DNA of 64,000 nt from the NCBI GenBank assembly GCA_965221905.1, contig OZ244922.1, positions 992,001-1,056,000 of the forward strand, given 5' to 3'. The position numbers and the translations under genes were made by a program. Below are positions 40,414-51,107 of the stretch, in pieces. Positions within the stretch are counted from its first letter, which is position 1; the number at the start of each line of letters is the position of its first letter. Under the pieces are notes generated by a model, which saw only the letters and a list, made by a program, of their open reading frames with translations, did no database searches and was not told the origin of the DNA. This stretch comes from Chloroflexota bacterium (GTDB lineage: Bacteria; Chloroflexota; UBA11872; VXOZ01).

Positions 40414-43371
40414 GTGAACGTCAACCTGCCCCACACCGCGACAGATACGGATAGTCGCGACCGCCTGCTCTCCGATTTATGGCAGGCGGTCGCGGCAGAG
40501 ATCGCGGCGACGAAATCGCGAGCGGCTGTTTTCCGTGCCGAAGTCTGGTCCGGCAAGCTGCACACGGAATCTGAGAGAAACCATATATACACGTTTCTGC
40601 TCGATACGGTTGTGCCGATTGCGGACGACATGCCGGGGGAACTCCACGTCGGGGGGAAGGTGTATCTTTGCCGGATTGTTGCCGTGGAGGGGCTGCGCGT
40701 CTCAGTGCTGCTGGCAACCGCTCCCGCCCGGGTCATCGAGCGTGCCACGCTGATAGCACTGCCGTGGGTAGCGCTTGCACGGCTCCATGAGGCGCTAGAG
40801 CGATGCGCGAGCGAAACCACCGCTGGGCTGGGATTGAGCACGGCATTTTTTGCCGGAGAGTCTGCCGAAACGGAGCAGATTGCCGACGTGGCGGCCGGAC
40901 AGCCGGCGTTGTCACTCAACGAGGGACAGCAACAGGCGTTAACAACGGCGCTTCAGCGCGCGGTTACGGCTATTGCCGGTCCCGCAAACTCAGGAAAAAC
41001 CCATCTGCTCAGCAGAGTTGCGGCGGCTTGCCTCGAAGCTGGTAATCGTGTGCTCCTGCTGGCTTCCTCCAACCATGCAATAGATTCAATGCTCAGTACG
41101 CTCGTCGAGTCTGACGCGAGCACAACCTACGCCGCCGGTGACCTTCTCCGGATCGGCTGCAGCGCTGATCCTAGAGTGGGGCAAACGTTCCGGTCGCTTG
41201 CTCCGGAGCTTGCGGAGAGTCGCCTCAGAGCGGAACAGGAGCAGGAGCTTGCGGCTCTGATTGCGGAGCGTACAGCATTGGCGGAGAGCGACCAAGCGCT
41301 TCGTGTCCTGCAGAAGGCCGTAGCACTGGCACAGCATGCAGCGAATGAGCGCGATGCGGTTCAGGCAGAGGTGGATGCCCTGCTGGCGAAGCAGGAAACT
41401 GATGAGCCGCAGACCATTGAAACTGCCGGCGTACAACGCTTGAGAGAACGGTGGAGTCAGATCTGGCAGCGAGCCATGCTCCTTACCGGGCGTTCGGCTC
41501 GCAGCGTCCGGAGCCTCTATCGCGAAGATTCCGAGCGGCAGCGGCAGGAGGCATACGTCCACGCCCAGCAACTTGCCGAAGCCCAGCGCCGACTTGAAGG
41601 AAAAGTGGCTGCAGCGGCGCGCCTCCAAGAGAGTCTTGACCAACAGCTTGGAGAATTCGGTCTCGGCGCGGACAGTGTTCACGAGGCTTGCCGGGATTCG
41701 ACAGCGCGCCTGCGTGGGCTGGAAGAGAAGCACGAGAGTGCTCTGCGTGCGTTGGAAGGGGTGCCGCATGCCGCCCGCGCAACAGCACGGCTTGTGGCGG
41801 GCACGGTGAACCAAGCGCTTGTGGATGAAGAATTCGAGTTAGGGTCTTTCGACGTTGTGCTCATCGACGATGCCCACCGCATTCCTTTGCCGCATCTTTA
41901 CTGGGCGGCCGGTCTTGCGAGGTCGCGTCTTGTCATTACGCTGGAAGAGTCGGCGCTGCAGCCGTGGTACTGCGCGCAGCAGGCGGTTGCCCAACGCTGG
42001 CTGGGACGCTCGGTTGCTGCATACATGGCAAGCATCGGCGCGCAGTCTGCCGGATGGGTAGCCAAACTGACGGAGCGCTATGCGCTCCATCCCCCTCTAG
42101 CCCAGGCAGTGTCGGGTTGGTCCGCCGAGACAAGCGCCGGTGGTAGGGCGCGACTGTTGCAGGCGAAGAGCCCGCCGCAGGGGCAGCGGCGCAGTGCTAG
42201 GCGGCGTTTACCGGTACGTGGGCATACGGTGCCCCTGGAGAAGGCCCTGGCGAACGAGAGCCCGTTGGTGTTGGTTGACACCAGTGGACTAAAGCCGTGG
42301 TGTGAAGTGATCCCCCAGCAAGGGCGCTTGAACCTGGGGAGCGCCTTGGCAGCGGTGGCGCTCGCGGAACGACTGCTCCAGATTAACTCCAGCGCATCTA
42401 TCGCGCTCGTCACGCCTTATGCTGCGCAGGCAAGGCTGCTTCTCCACTTGGCGCGACAGCGCGAGGTCGCCCCGCAAGAGCGTGAGGTCGCAGGCGCTGT
42501 CGGCATTTACGCGCCTCCTTGCTTGCCTGACCGGGGGGCGGACGTCGTGATCCTGGATACTGTAGAGACACCGGGGCGATTTGCTTGGTCTGCCCTCGAC
42601 GATTCGCGTCCCGAATCTCAGGCTAATGCCTTCTTTAATAGTGTGTGCACCCAGGCGCGTCAGCGGGTGATGGTGCTTGCCCATTGGAAACACGTGCGCG
42701 ACTCTTTCGGGACGCGTGCGTTCTTGCGGCGCATGCTGGGCGAGGCTGTGCATGCAGGCTGGGCGGCGTCCGCGGCCAATCTTGTGCAGAGCGAACGGGC
42801 AGGCACGTTACCGCGAGGGTCAGTGGCATCGTCTCGCGCCAATGGAACGAGCGGTAAGAATTCCCGATCCCAGAACGGCTGGCGACTCTTGTTGCAAGAC
42901 CTGCAAGGGGCAGAGCGCCATGCCACTCTATGGAGTCCGCAACTTGCGCCTGCCGCCGTAGAGCGGGTGTTGGGCGGGCTGCCGTCTGAGCTCTTGGAGA
43001 ACGGCGCAGTGCGGGTTATCACACTGCCCCAGGAGCAACGCGGCGGGACTAGCCTGCAGTCGGCCGAGGCACTCAAGCTATGTGAGCAGATAGGTGCGGC
43101 GGTAGAAGAACGCAGCGGGCTGGTAGCCAATCTTGTGACCGTGGACGATCGGCTTGCGTGGGAATGTACGTTTCCGCCGCTAGGGGCTGGCGGCCGCGGC
43201 GCAGAGATGCGTCGTGTGGAGAACGCGCACGTGACTCGCATATTGCGTCAACTCTTGTCGTCCCCGCCTGCCGATGCTGCTCAGGATGCCGCGGCTTTCA
43301 TGCCATTCACTGAGGCAGCCGGCTTGATGACGCGTACGGTTGCGCAATCTCCTGATCACGCGCTGCCGTAG
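40414..43371 (+). CDS. DNA2/NAM7-type SF1 helicase-like protein with coiled-coil insert and PLD-like C-terminus; catalytic motifs degenerate
   Basis: LNEGQ..A, GPANSGKT, LASSNHAID, VLIDDAH, VTPYAAQ, DVVILD, CTQAR; C-terminal WSP / LVTVDDRLAW. Confidence 0.75.
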   Translation: MNVNLPHTATDTDSRDRLLSDLWQAVAAEIAATKSRAAVFRAEVWSGKLHTESERNHIYTFLLDTVVPIADDMPGELHVGGKVYLCRIVAVEGLRVSVLLATAPARVIERATLIALPWVALARLHEALERCASETTAGLGLSTAFFAGESAETEQIADVAAGQPALSLNEGQQQALTTALQRAVTAIAGPANSGKTHLLSRVAAACLEAGNRVLLLASSNHAIDSMLSTLVESDASTTYAAGDLLRIGCSADPRVGQTFRSLAPELAESRLRAEQEQELAALIAERTALAESDQALRVLQKAVALAQHAANERDAVQAEVDALLAKQETDEPQTIETAGVQRLRERWSQIWQRAMLLTGRSARSVRSLYREDSERQRQEAYVHAQQLAEAQRRLEGKVAAAARLQESLDQQLGEFGLGADSVHEACRDSTARLRGLEEKHESALRALEGVPHAARATARLVAGTVNQALVDEEFELGSFDVVLIDDAHRIPLPHLYWAAGLARSRLVITLEESALQPWYCAQQAVAQRWLGRSVAAYMASIGAQSAGWVAKLTERYALHPPLAQAVSGWSAETSAGGRARLLQAKSPPQGQRRSARRRLPVRGHTVPLEKALANESPLVLVDTSGLKPWCEVIPQQGRLNLGSALAAVALAERLLQINSSASIALVTPYAAQARLLLHLARQREVAPQEREVAGAVGIYAPPCLPDRGADVVILDTVETPGRFAWSALDDSRPESQANAFFNSVCTQARQRVMVLAHWKHVRDSFGTRAFLRRMLGEAVHAGWAASAANLVQSERAGTLPRGSVASSRANGTSGKNSRSQNGWRLLLQDLQGAERHATLWSPQLAPAAVERVLGGLPSELLENGAVRVITLPQEQRGGTSLQSAEALKLCEQIGAAVEERSGLVANLVTVDDRLAWECTFPPLGAGGRGAEMRRVENAHVTRILRQLLSSPPADAAQDAAAFMPFTEAAGLMTRTVAQSPDHALP

Positions 43372-43753
43372 CCTGTGACCGGGTCAAGTCCGTGCAGTGT
43401 ACGCCGGCAAGGCGATGGCGCTTCTGCGCAGGTGTATGGGCTATCCTCGGGAGACGCCAAGGCCGGTTTTGGCAACTTCAAACGAGGTTGCCACCTTCAC
43501 AGGGATGGTCTTGTAAGAGGCGGGTCTTTGCACGAGGATTCGCAGGTTTCAAACCTGCGCTACCGGAGTAAGAAAGCACTGTGGGCGCCCCGGCATTCGT
43601 TGCGCAGGGCAAGGTGACTGAGATGGGGTCACGCGCCCGTGCAAGTCAGCGTGCTTGCTCGCAGGTGCGGCGGGTAAACGGGCGGGGGACAAGCCCCCGC
43701 GCTACACATGGCTATGCGCTAACAAGATCAAGTGACTCTGAAGGGGCGGGTGC

Positions 43754-44224
43754 CTACGCTTCCGCAAAGTCGGCGAGGGTGGGCTGCTCGACGCCGATGT
43801 AATCGCGGCAGGCCATGATGATCGAGGCTGAGCGGCTGCCGGCGTTGAATGAAATGCGTTCGTTTTCCAGCAGGCCGCGGTCTACGTATGTAGGGAGGTC
43901 GAGCACGCTGCCGAACGGCGGCACGGCGCCGACCGGCAAGCCGGTCAAGTCACGCAATTCTTCCGGCGTGATCATGCGTAGATTCTTGATGCCGAATGCG
44001 CGCTTGAAGGCGCGTGTTCCCACTCGTTTATCGGCGGGCACCACCGCCAGCACCATTGACCCGTCCGCGGCGAAGACAAGAGCCTTCGCACCCTCGCGCA
44101 GGGGCGTGCCCCGTATGTCGGCCGCTTCCTGGCTGGTCTTGACGGGTGCGTGTTCTTTGAAGGTGAAAGGTACGCCGCCACTGCGCAGCAGCGCCTGAAT
44201 ACGCTCCGTTACTGGAATTGACAT
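43754..44224 (-). CDS. YbaK/EbsC aminoacyl-tRNA editing domain protein
   Basis: AKALV, TGLPVGAVPPFG and FNAG motifs. Confidence 0.9.
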   Translation of the reverse strand: MSIPVTERIQALLRSGGVPFTFKEHAPVKTSQEAADIRGTPLREGAKALVFAADGSMVLAVVPADKRVGTRAFKRAFGIKNLRMITPEELRDLTGLPVGAVPPFGSVLDLPTYVDRGLLENERISFNAGSRSASIIMACRDYIGVEQPTLADFAEA

Positions 44225-44432
44225 AAGATTACGGGTAACTCGCTAGACCGTGAGGCGGTTTGGAGGATGCATGCCGGCTCGGCGCTTCGTGCCGATAGTA
44301 TACCACTGGCAGGATAGACGGTATTCAAACGAAAGAGGCGCACATGGAAATGGCGGATGCATAAAGCTTCTGCTCTGGGTAATGCGAGATCGGACTCTTG
44401 TTTTGGTGAATGCGAACTGCCTTGGGAAGAGT

Positions 44433-45071
44433 CTAAGCTTGGCAGTTGGGGTAGTCGTCCCGTTCGGGGGTGCCGCTGGCGGGGAACGGCGGGCCGATGG
44501 TGATGCGCTCGAAGAAGCCGGCATCGGCAGCGGTCACGTTGCACCAGAAGAAGCCCATGGCCTGAAACGTAGCCCAATCCGGTATGTGGCGCCACTGCTG
44601 CAGCTCGGCGTCGTAGGCGAATATGCGGACATCGTTGCCGTCGAAACGGCGAGCGAGCATGTTGGGTTCAGGCAAGCGATGGTCCAAAGGGATAGTTCCA
44701 ATCGCCGCTACCGGAATAGTAAACTGCGAGATTACAATGTCCCAAGGAATGACGTCCACCATTGGACTGTAGGGCGGTATCCAGCGGCGGACGACGCGGG
44801 AATCGGCTTCATGGCGAACCACGGAATAGGTTTGGCCGAGGGTTTCATCGCGGATGAAGCCGATGTGGTATTGTTCCGAGCCGTCGGCGGAGATCCAGCC
44901 GATGTCTATGTGCGTGGTAACGTCGATTTCATTGGCGCCGCTGTCATCGCTGGCAGAGCTTGGCTGGTCTTGGAGTTGGAATGAGTGGAGGCGGAGAAAC
45001 TGGCAGCAAGGCGCGATTCCTAGCGTGCGAAACTCCGCAGTATGCCGGCTGAAAGGGCACTTTTCAAGGCT
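44433..45071 (-). pseudogene. start-less second copy of the surface-protein C-terminal domain
   Basis: Open frame encoding IGWISADG..IRDETLGQTY..VRRWIPP..QWRHIP..FQAMGFFWC..DYPNC. No ATG/GTG/TTG occurs in frame until a GTG inside the domain (44822). Confidence 0.7.
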
Positions 45072-45167
45072 TCAACGTACTCCATATGAGCCGAGGAAAA
45101 CGGGATGCTGCTTCGTTCCGGATAGGCAACTACCTGGCGCGGAAGTTGATGAGGCGTATTTGACCGT

Positions 45168-45197
45168 GAAGGCACGAGCCCATGGGCTCGTGCCTTC
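45168..45197. repeat. perfect 30-bp palindrome gaaggcacgagccca|tgggctcgtgccttc
   Basis: Exact reverse-complement symmetry with no spacer. Confidence 0.95.
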
Positions 45198-45240
45198 GTT
45201 GCAATGCACAGGTACTGTTTTGGCGTCGGAGGGGTCTCGG

Positions 45241-46889
45241 CTACGAGAAAGCCACGGGCTCTCTATTGTGGCAGTTGGGGTAATCGCTGCGTTCGGGTGT
45301 ATCGATGACAGGGAACGGCGGGCCGACGTTCATGCGCTCGAAGAATGTGGCATCTGCTGAGGTGACGTCGCACCAGAAGAAGCCCATGGCCTGGAAGGTT
45401 GCGTAGTTTGGGATGTGGCGCCACTGGAGCAGACCCGCGTCGAAAGCGAAGATACGGACGTCGTTGCTGTCGAAGCGGCGGACGAGCATGTTAGGTTCTG
45501 GGGCGAGGTGATCGAGGGGTATGGTGGAGACGACCTCAACGGGGACGCTGTACTCAGTGTTGACGATAGCCCAAGGGATTTGATAGACGTACAGGTCGTA
45601 GGGCGGGATCCAGCGGCGGACGATACAATTGCCGCCTTCATGGCGGGCGATGTAGTAGGTTTGGCCGAGGGTTTGGTCGCGGATGATGCCGGTGATGATG
45701 CGAGCGGAGGCGTCTTTGGCGAACCAGCCGATACCGAGAACGATGGTGGTGCCGGGGATATCGAGGCGTTCGAGCCAGAGGCGGTCGCCGGGCAGTTCGA
45801 AGGCCATGGCGGCGCTGGTGCTGCCGACGAGGTTCTTGACGGTAGAGAGTCGTCCGGTGGACGGGGAGAGCAGCCGTCAGCGGAGCGGGCACCGGAGCCT
45901 GAACCGCCGCCCCTGCCTCCACCGCCTCCACCACCGGCGCTAGGTGCGGTCCCGGGAACTTGGCCGGAGATTCGGGGTGGGTTATTGTTCTGCGGAGGGT
46001 TTTTGATCTGCGGAGGGTTTTTGATCTGCGGAGGGTTATTGTTCTGCGGAGTTTTGGGCTGTTGAGGAGGATCAGGCGGTACAGGAGTGGGCGTGGGAGT
46101 AGGAGTAGGAGTGGGCGTAGGTGTCGGTGTAGGATCCTGCGGAGGGTCAACGGGAGGATTGACAGTCGTATCCGGCGTCGGCGTGGGAGTAGGTGTCGGC
46201 GTGGGCGTCGGCCTGGGCCTGGGCGTCGGCGTGGGAGTAGGCGTCGGAGGGACAACACCGGAAACCCTTATCGTCAAGCTGCCTGCCCTTTTCACAATAG
46301 TCTTGAGACCTTTCCTCACCACGTACCCTACGCCAACACTTGCATTCCCTTCAGCGTGTGAAGCTACTGTCGCTGTGACGGTCTTCTCAGTGTCCCAGTC
46401 ACCTCCCTCACAATTGCCGCTTCCATCGTCGGTGCCGGTGGAGAAGTAAAAGGATTGTGGCTCGAGCTCGAAGTAGTGTAAGAAAAACCCGTCCGAAACC
46501 CCGACAGACACACCATCACCGCACTCCACACCGTCAAGACCCACGGGGTTCGCGCTGAGCTTTATTGTGTACTCCCCACTGTTACCTGGGGAAATCTCCA
46601 ATGTGGACGGCGACACAATTACGCTAACTCCGCCACCCATTGTGCTGCCTGCGCTGGCTGCCATTACAACAAGCATCAGCACTCCCGCCGGTAAAATACG
46701 CAGCCGGTTACCCTTTAGCCAGCGCCATAGGATGCCAAACAGTGTCTGCGGCAGTCTGCGAGCCGGCACCTTCGGTAGCTTGATGCCAAACAGCCAGCTA
46801 ATAAGAATGACTGTATAAGCGAGCAGCAGCAGTCCGGCAAGCGCCAGGCATCGCCTGATGCCTGCGAGCCATCTCCTAGCAGTATCCAT
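45241..46889 (-). pseudogene. secreted/surface protein (Ig/Calx-beta-like segment, PT linker, conserved C-terminal domain), frameshifted near 45840-45880
   Basis: The N-terminal part is in ORF 45330..46889 and the C-terminal domain in ORF 45241..45807. The linker has 18-bp repeats (IKNPPQ/NNNPPQ) and PT repeats. Confidence 0.7.
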
Positions 46890-47492
46890 CGTCCATCCCC
46901 CTGCACATAAAAGAGTCCTTCTCCAAAATTTGTTTTTCCTAAGTTGTGGGCGAATAAGTGCGAGAAAAAAGTGTTTGGGCCTGGGTTATACGTTGGTTGG
47001 CGTGACGTCAGTAGGCGACTCCGTCTGACGGCGAGTGCTTGAAGAGATGCTCAAGGGACGTTATAGAAAAAAGCGATCTTGCTGAGAAACTGATCTGCCT
47101 TCCAATGAGAACAGAGCACGGTTGCGGTAGGACATTCCGGCGCAAACTGCGTTTGCAGGCCGGATACCGATGCAAGAGGAAGTAAGTGAGGCTCATGATC
47201 TTTCAGTGAAGAGGCTTGGCTGAGAGCAGGAGCACGTACCGTCGCAGACGTGAAGCCGCCGTTGCCGACGGTGCGGCTTAAGACATTGGCAGAATAATTC
47301 AGCTAGGGAAAAGCGGGAACGAACGCGTGATCGGATACCACCTAGGGTCTGATGCCCAAGAATAGGATGGCCCGTCTACCCCTAGAGGAGAATTGTCAGA
47401 ATGAGTAGCTGAAGCAGACTCAATTCAGAAGAGAAAAGTGAAAAAGGCAGAATGGGAGGTGCAAAAGTGGGGCTGGTATCGTTTCGCCACAT

Positions 47493-47521
47493 ACTATAAC
47501 ATAGGCCGCAAGTGAGAGCAA
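47493..47521 (-). promoter_or_regulatory. putative promoter TTGCTC-N17-TATAGT with TGn extended -10
   Basis: Motif match only; about 600 nt upstream of 46889. Confidence 0.45.
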
Positions 47522-47620
47522 GCCCGTGGGTCAATTCCCCGTCAATGAGCAGAGCAGTCTAACAAAGTGCGGTGGCGGGCGTATTCTTGACGAGTTCAGC
47601 AATTGCTGCGTGACTTAAAC

Positions 47621-48379
47621 TTAGAGCAAGCCCGCGGTCAGGCCGCCGTCGATATGAATGACTTGGCCGGTTATATAAGAGGCCACGTCACTCGTAAGGT
47701 ACGAGACGAGTGCGGCGATCTCCTCCGGTCTGCCAGCGCGTTTGATGGGTAGCTTCTGCATCAGGCGGTCCATCAGGTGCGGCGGAATGTCGTGGGTGAG
47801 ATCGGTTGGGATGTACCCCGGCGCAATCGCGTTGACCGTGATGCCTCTGCTGCCCATCTCCACGGCAGTGGAGCGGGTGAATGCGACCACACCGGCCTTG
47901 GCGGCGGTGTAGTTGGCTTGGCCGGGATTCCCCACCATCCAGCCGACCGAGGTTATGTTTATGATGCGCCCCCAGCGCTGCGCCAGCATAGGCCGCAGGG
48001 CGGCACGGGTGCAGAGGAACGCGCCGCGCAAGTTGGTGTCTACAACAAGGTCCCAGTCGTCTTCGCTCATTTTGAGGACGAGGGTATCTTTGGTGATGCC
48101 GGCGTTATTCACCAAAACGTGGATGCTGCCAAATCGCTCTAGCGTGCGGTCGAAAACGGTTTTGACCGCGTCTGCGTCCCGCACGTCGCCGCTGACCGCC
48201 AAAGCACTGCCGCCGTCATTCTGGATTTGTGCTACGGCTTCGAGCGCGGCCTCCTCGTTAACCTGGTAGTTAATCGCTACGTTTGCGCCGGACGCAGCGA
48301 GATTGAGCGCGATCGTGCGCCCGATTCCGCGCGAGGCGCCGGTCACGAGTGCTGTCTTGCCAGAGAGGTGTTGTGCCAT
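47621..48379 (-). CDS. fabG: 3-oxoacyl-ACP reductase (SDR)
   Basis: TGASRGIG, NNAGITKD, GNPGQANYTAAKAG and YITGQVIHIDGG motifs. Confidence 0.85.
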   Translation of the reverse strand: MAQHLSGKTALVTGASRGIGRTIALNLAASGANVAINYQVNEEAALEAVAQIQNDGGSALAVSGDVRDADAVKTVFDRTLERFGSIHVLVNNAGITKDTLVLKMSEDDWDLVVDTNLRGAFLCTRAALRPMLAQRWGRIINITSVGWMVGNPGQANYTAAKAGVVAFTRSTAVEMGSRGITVNAIAPGYIPTDLTHDIPPHLMDRLMQKLPIKRAGRPEEIAALVSYLTSDVASYITGQVIHIDGGLTAGLL

Positions 48380-48517
48380 GAACTCCGCGCGTTGTAGCTG
48401 AGCTTCTTTGCTGCTTTGGACGTTGGACTGCCAGCCGATACAGTAGATACGGGGACGCGCTTTTAACTGCGGTGACTGCGCGCCTCGTGGTGGCAGGTAC
48501 TGTGCTGAACTTCGCTG

Positions 48518-49360
48518 CTATGCCTTCTCGGCGACAACCTGCAGCCAGTAGCGGGGGACCGTTGTCAGATTCAACTCTCTGATTGCTTCCCGTATGCCGT
48601 GCTTCAGCACTGCCGCACCCACGTCCAGCGGCACGCCGGGCAAGACCCCCTCGATGAAGAGCGAATAATCGCTAATGTCCTCTATGCTCTCCAGGGTCAT
48701 ATCAACTTGCTGACACTCGAGGTGGGTGACAGTGAAGCCACTCTCGCCGAGCAGAGCCTCATATTGTTCGGGCGAAATCCAGCGCATAGCGGTGGTCTTT
48801 GCATTCTTGACAATCTTGACATTGGGATAGTCTCGCCGCATCTTTTGCACCGCGCGCACGATCCACAAGCGGTTTGTTTTCTCTGTGATCGGGAGATAGG
48901 CGCCTTCGAAGAAGGTCGTGTTGAAGGCCAACACGCCGCCAGGATTGAGCGCCTTGCCGATTTCCTTGAGTACGGTGTGCTTATCTTCTATCAGATGGAT
49001 TGCATTGCAGAAGAAGAGCGCGTCGGCGGATGCGACAAGCTGCGATACGTTTTCCGCACTGCCGTGGAGAAACTTGACCATGGCATTCGTAACGCTCTGC
49101 CGCGCCTTATCCAGCGCCAACGGGGAAGGGTCGATACCAAGGACCTGAGCCTTCAGGCCGAGATCCTGCACTTTAGCCAGGACCAATCGCGTGATCGCAC
49201 CGGTGCCGCAACCAAGATCGACGATGCGCCGCTGTACGTTCGGATCCAGCCGCTCCAGGAAGTTTAGAGCGGAATCTACAAGGTGCGTGTTAGTTTCACG
49301 ATAGAAGTCATGTCGTGCAAATGGCTCAAAGGAGTAATCTGTTCCCTGCGTCCCACCCAT
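48518..49360 (-). CDS. class I SAM-dependent methyltransferase
   Basis: IVDLGCGTG, GIDPS, NAIHL and LNPGG motifs. Confidence 0.9.
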   Translation of the reverse strand: MGGTQGTDYSFEPFARHDFYRETNTHLVDSALNFLERLDPNVQRRIVDLGCGTGAITRLVLAKVQDLGLKAQVLGIDPSPLALDKARQSVTNAMVKFLHGSAENVSQLVASADALFFCNAIHLIEDKHTVLKEIGKALNPGGVLAFNTTFFEGAYLPITEKTNRLWIVRAVQKMRRDYPNVKIVKNAKTTAMRWISPEQYEALLGESGFTVTHLECQQVDMTLESIEDISDYSLFIEGVLPGVPLDVGAAVLKHGIREAIRELNLTTVPRYWLQVVAEKA

Positions 49361-49777
49361 AGAAGACCTCTCTCTCCGGCAAAAGCGCTCTCATTCCACT
49401 GGAGCGGCGCCGGATACTTTTCCTCTTCGCAGTCGGCAATAAACTCGGCAGCCGACTCTTCCCTGGTTTCTGCGGTCAGTAGCGAATCCTAAATCCTCAT
49501 CCTGCCCTGCCGCAGTAACTTCAAACGCGTAGCATTGTCACCATTATACGGGTTTTCCGTGCCGCGCGGACAGTCCCCATCCGGAGTTGTCCTTAGCGCC
49601 CAATGCCTAGAGCAGACCGGCCTGGAACGCAATGCTACAATGGGTGCGTGGCCGCGCGCAAGGTGGGGCAATGAGAAGCGCACCGAATCGCCTTATGGCA
49701 GTGTTGCGCGTGAAGTAGCAACATGTTCGAACTGGGTGCGTTGCCTGCAAAAGTGGATCATATGAGAGGATAGGCGC

Positions 49778-50965
49778 ATGAAGATCCGCTCGGTAGAGGC
49801 CGTTCCGTTGCGGTGGCCGGTGCAAGGAAGCAGTCGCGAGCGACCATCGGACTACGGGACGCATGACGAGGCCCACGCCGTTATCGTGAAGATAGAGACG
49901 GATGACGGGCTTGTCGGTCACGGTGAAGTGCATCCCGGCTACGGCTATACGCGAGGGGCGTGCTGGTCTCTAAAGGCTATTGTAGAGCGAGAACTGGGAC
50001 CGGAGATCATCGGCGAAGACCCCACGCGGCCCGAGTATATCTGGGAAAAGATGTACAACGGCCCGCGCCTGGGCATTGCGCTTACTTACGGCCAGAGCGC
50101 GCCGCGCATGGGCCGCCGCGGTGTAACAGTTTGTGCTATGGGCGGCATTGACATGGCACTCTGGGACATTTTTGCCCGGTCGCTCGGCGTGCCGATCCAT
50201 AAACTGCTGGGCGGCGGCTACCGCTCTCGGCTACCGACGTACGCGAGCGGCGGTCACGCGGTCGCCGAGGAGGCGGGAGATGAGGCGCTTGCGTACATTG
50301 CACAAGGCTTTCGCGCTGTAAAGATGCGCGTGGGCGCGATGGATGCGCCGCGCATTGTCAGGGACGGCATTGCGCGCATTCGAGCCGTGCGGGACGCTAT
50401 CGGGCCCAATAACAGGATCATGCTCGACGCCCACGGTTCGCTCAATGAAGGCCAAGCGATCCGCTTGGCACAGGCGGCAGAGGAGTATGACATCGACTGG
50501 TTTGAGGAGCCGGTGAGCAGCGATAACTGGCAGGGCATGCGCCGCGTGCGCCAAGCAACGTCGATACCCATTTCGACCGGAGAGAACGACTTCACGCATT
50601 TCGACTTCCGTGACATAATTGCCCATGAAGCGGCAGACATCCTGCAACCCGATTTGGCGGTGGTTGGCGGATTCACGGCGGCGCGGCGCATCGGCACACT
50701 GGCCCACGCTGCAAACTTGCAGGTGGCGCCGCACATTTGGGGCTCGGCGCTGCTCTTCTATGCCAGCTTGCAACTGGCGGCGGCCCTGCCAAACTGTCCC
50801 GTAATCGAATTCCGACAGGGCGGCAACCCGCTCTTTTGCGACCTCATTACGCCGCCGCCTGCGATTGATAGTGAGGGCTATGTGATAGTCCCTTCAGGGC
50901 CGGGCCTGGGTGTGGACATAGACCTGGAGGCTGCCAAGCGGAGGTTTCCGTTTGAGGGAGATTAA
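49778..50965 (+). CDS. mandelate racemase/muconate lactonizing enzyme family protein
   Basis: IDMALWD, KMRVG, MLDAH, WFEEP, TGEN, QPD and PGLG motifs. Confidence 0.93.
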   Translation: MKIRSVEAVPLRWPVQGSSRERPSDYGTHDEAHAVIVKIETDDGLVGHGEVHPGYGYTRGACWSLKAIVERELGPEIIGEDPTRPEYIWEKMYNGPRLGIALTYGQSAPRMGRRGVTVCAMGGIDMALWDIFARSLGVPIHKLLGGGYRSRLPTYASGGHAVAEEAGDEALAYIAQGFRAVKMRVGAMDAPRIVRDGIARIRAVRDAIGPNNRIMLDAHGSLNEGQAIRLAQAAEEYDIDWFEEPVSSDNWQGMRRVRQATSIPISTGENDFTHFDFRDIIAHEAADILQPDLAVVGGFTAARRIGTLAHAANLQVAPHIWGSALLFYASLQLAAALPNCPVIEFRQGGNPLFCDLITPPPAIDSEGYVIVPSGPGLGVDIDLEAAKRRFPFEGD

Positions 50966-51107
50966 CGCCGACTACATGGATTTCGACAGGATCTGCGTCT
51001 CCGATGAGATTGCATCTACTGGGCGGGTAGCAGACTCTGGATTTGGGAGCACGATATCCGTGTATTGATGGAAGAGGCCGATTGCCTGCTTAGGAGAAGA
51101 GGAAGCT

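Noticed and set aside
44433-45740. Diversity-generating retroelement TR/VR pair
   Set aside because: Differences between the copies are not adenine-specific, many are synonymous, and there is no reverse transcriptase in the window.
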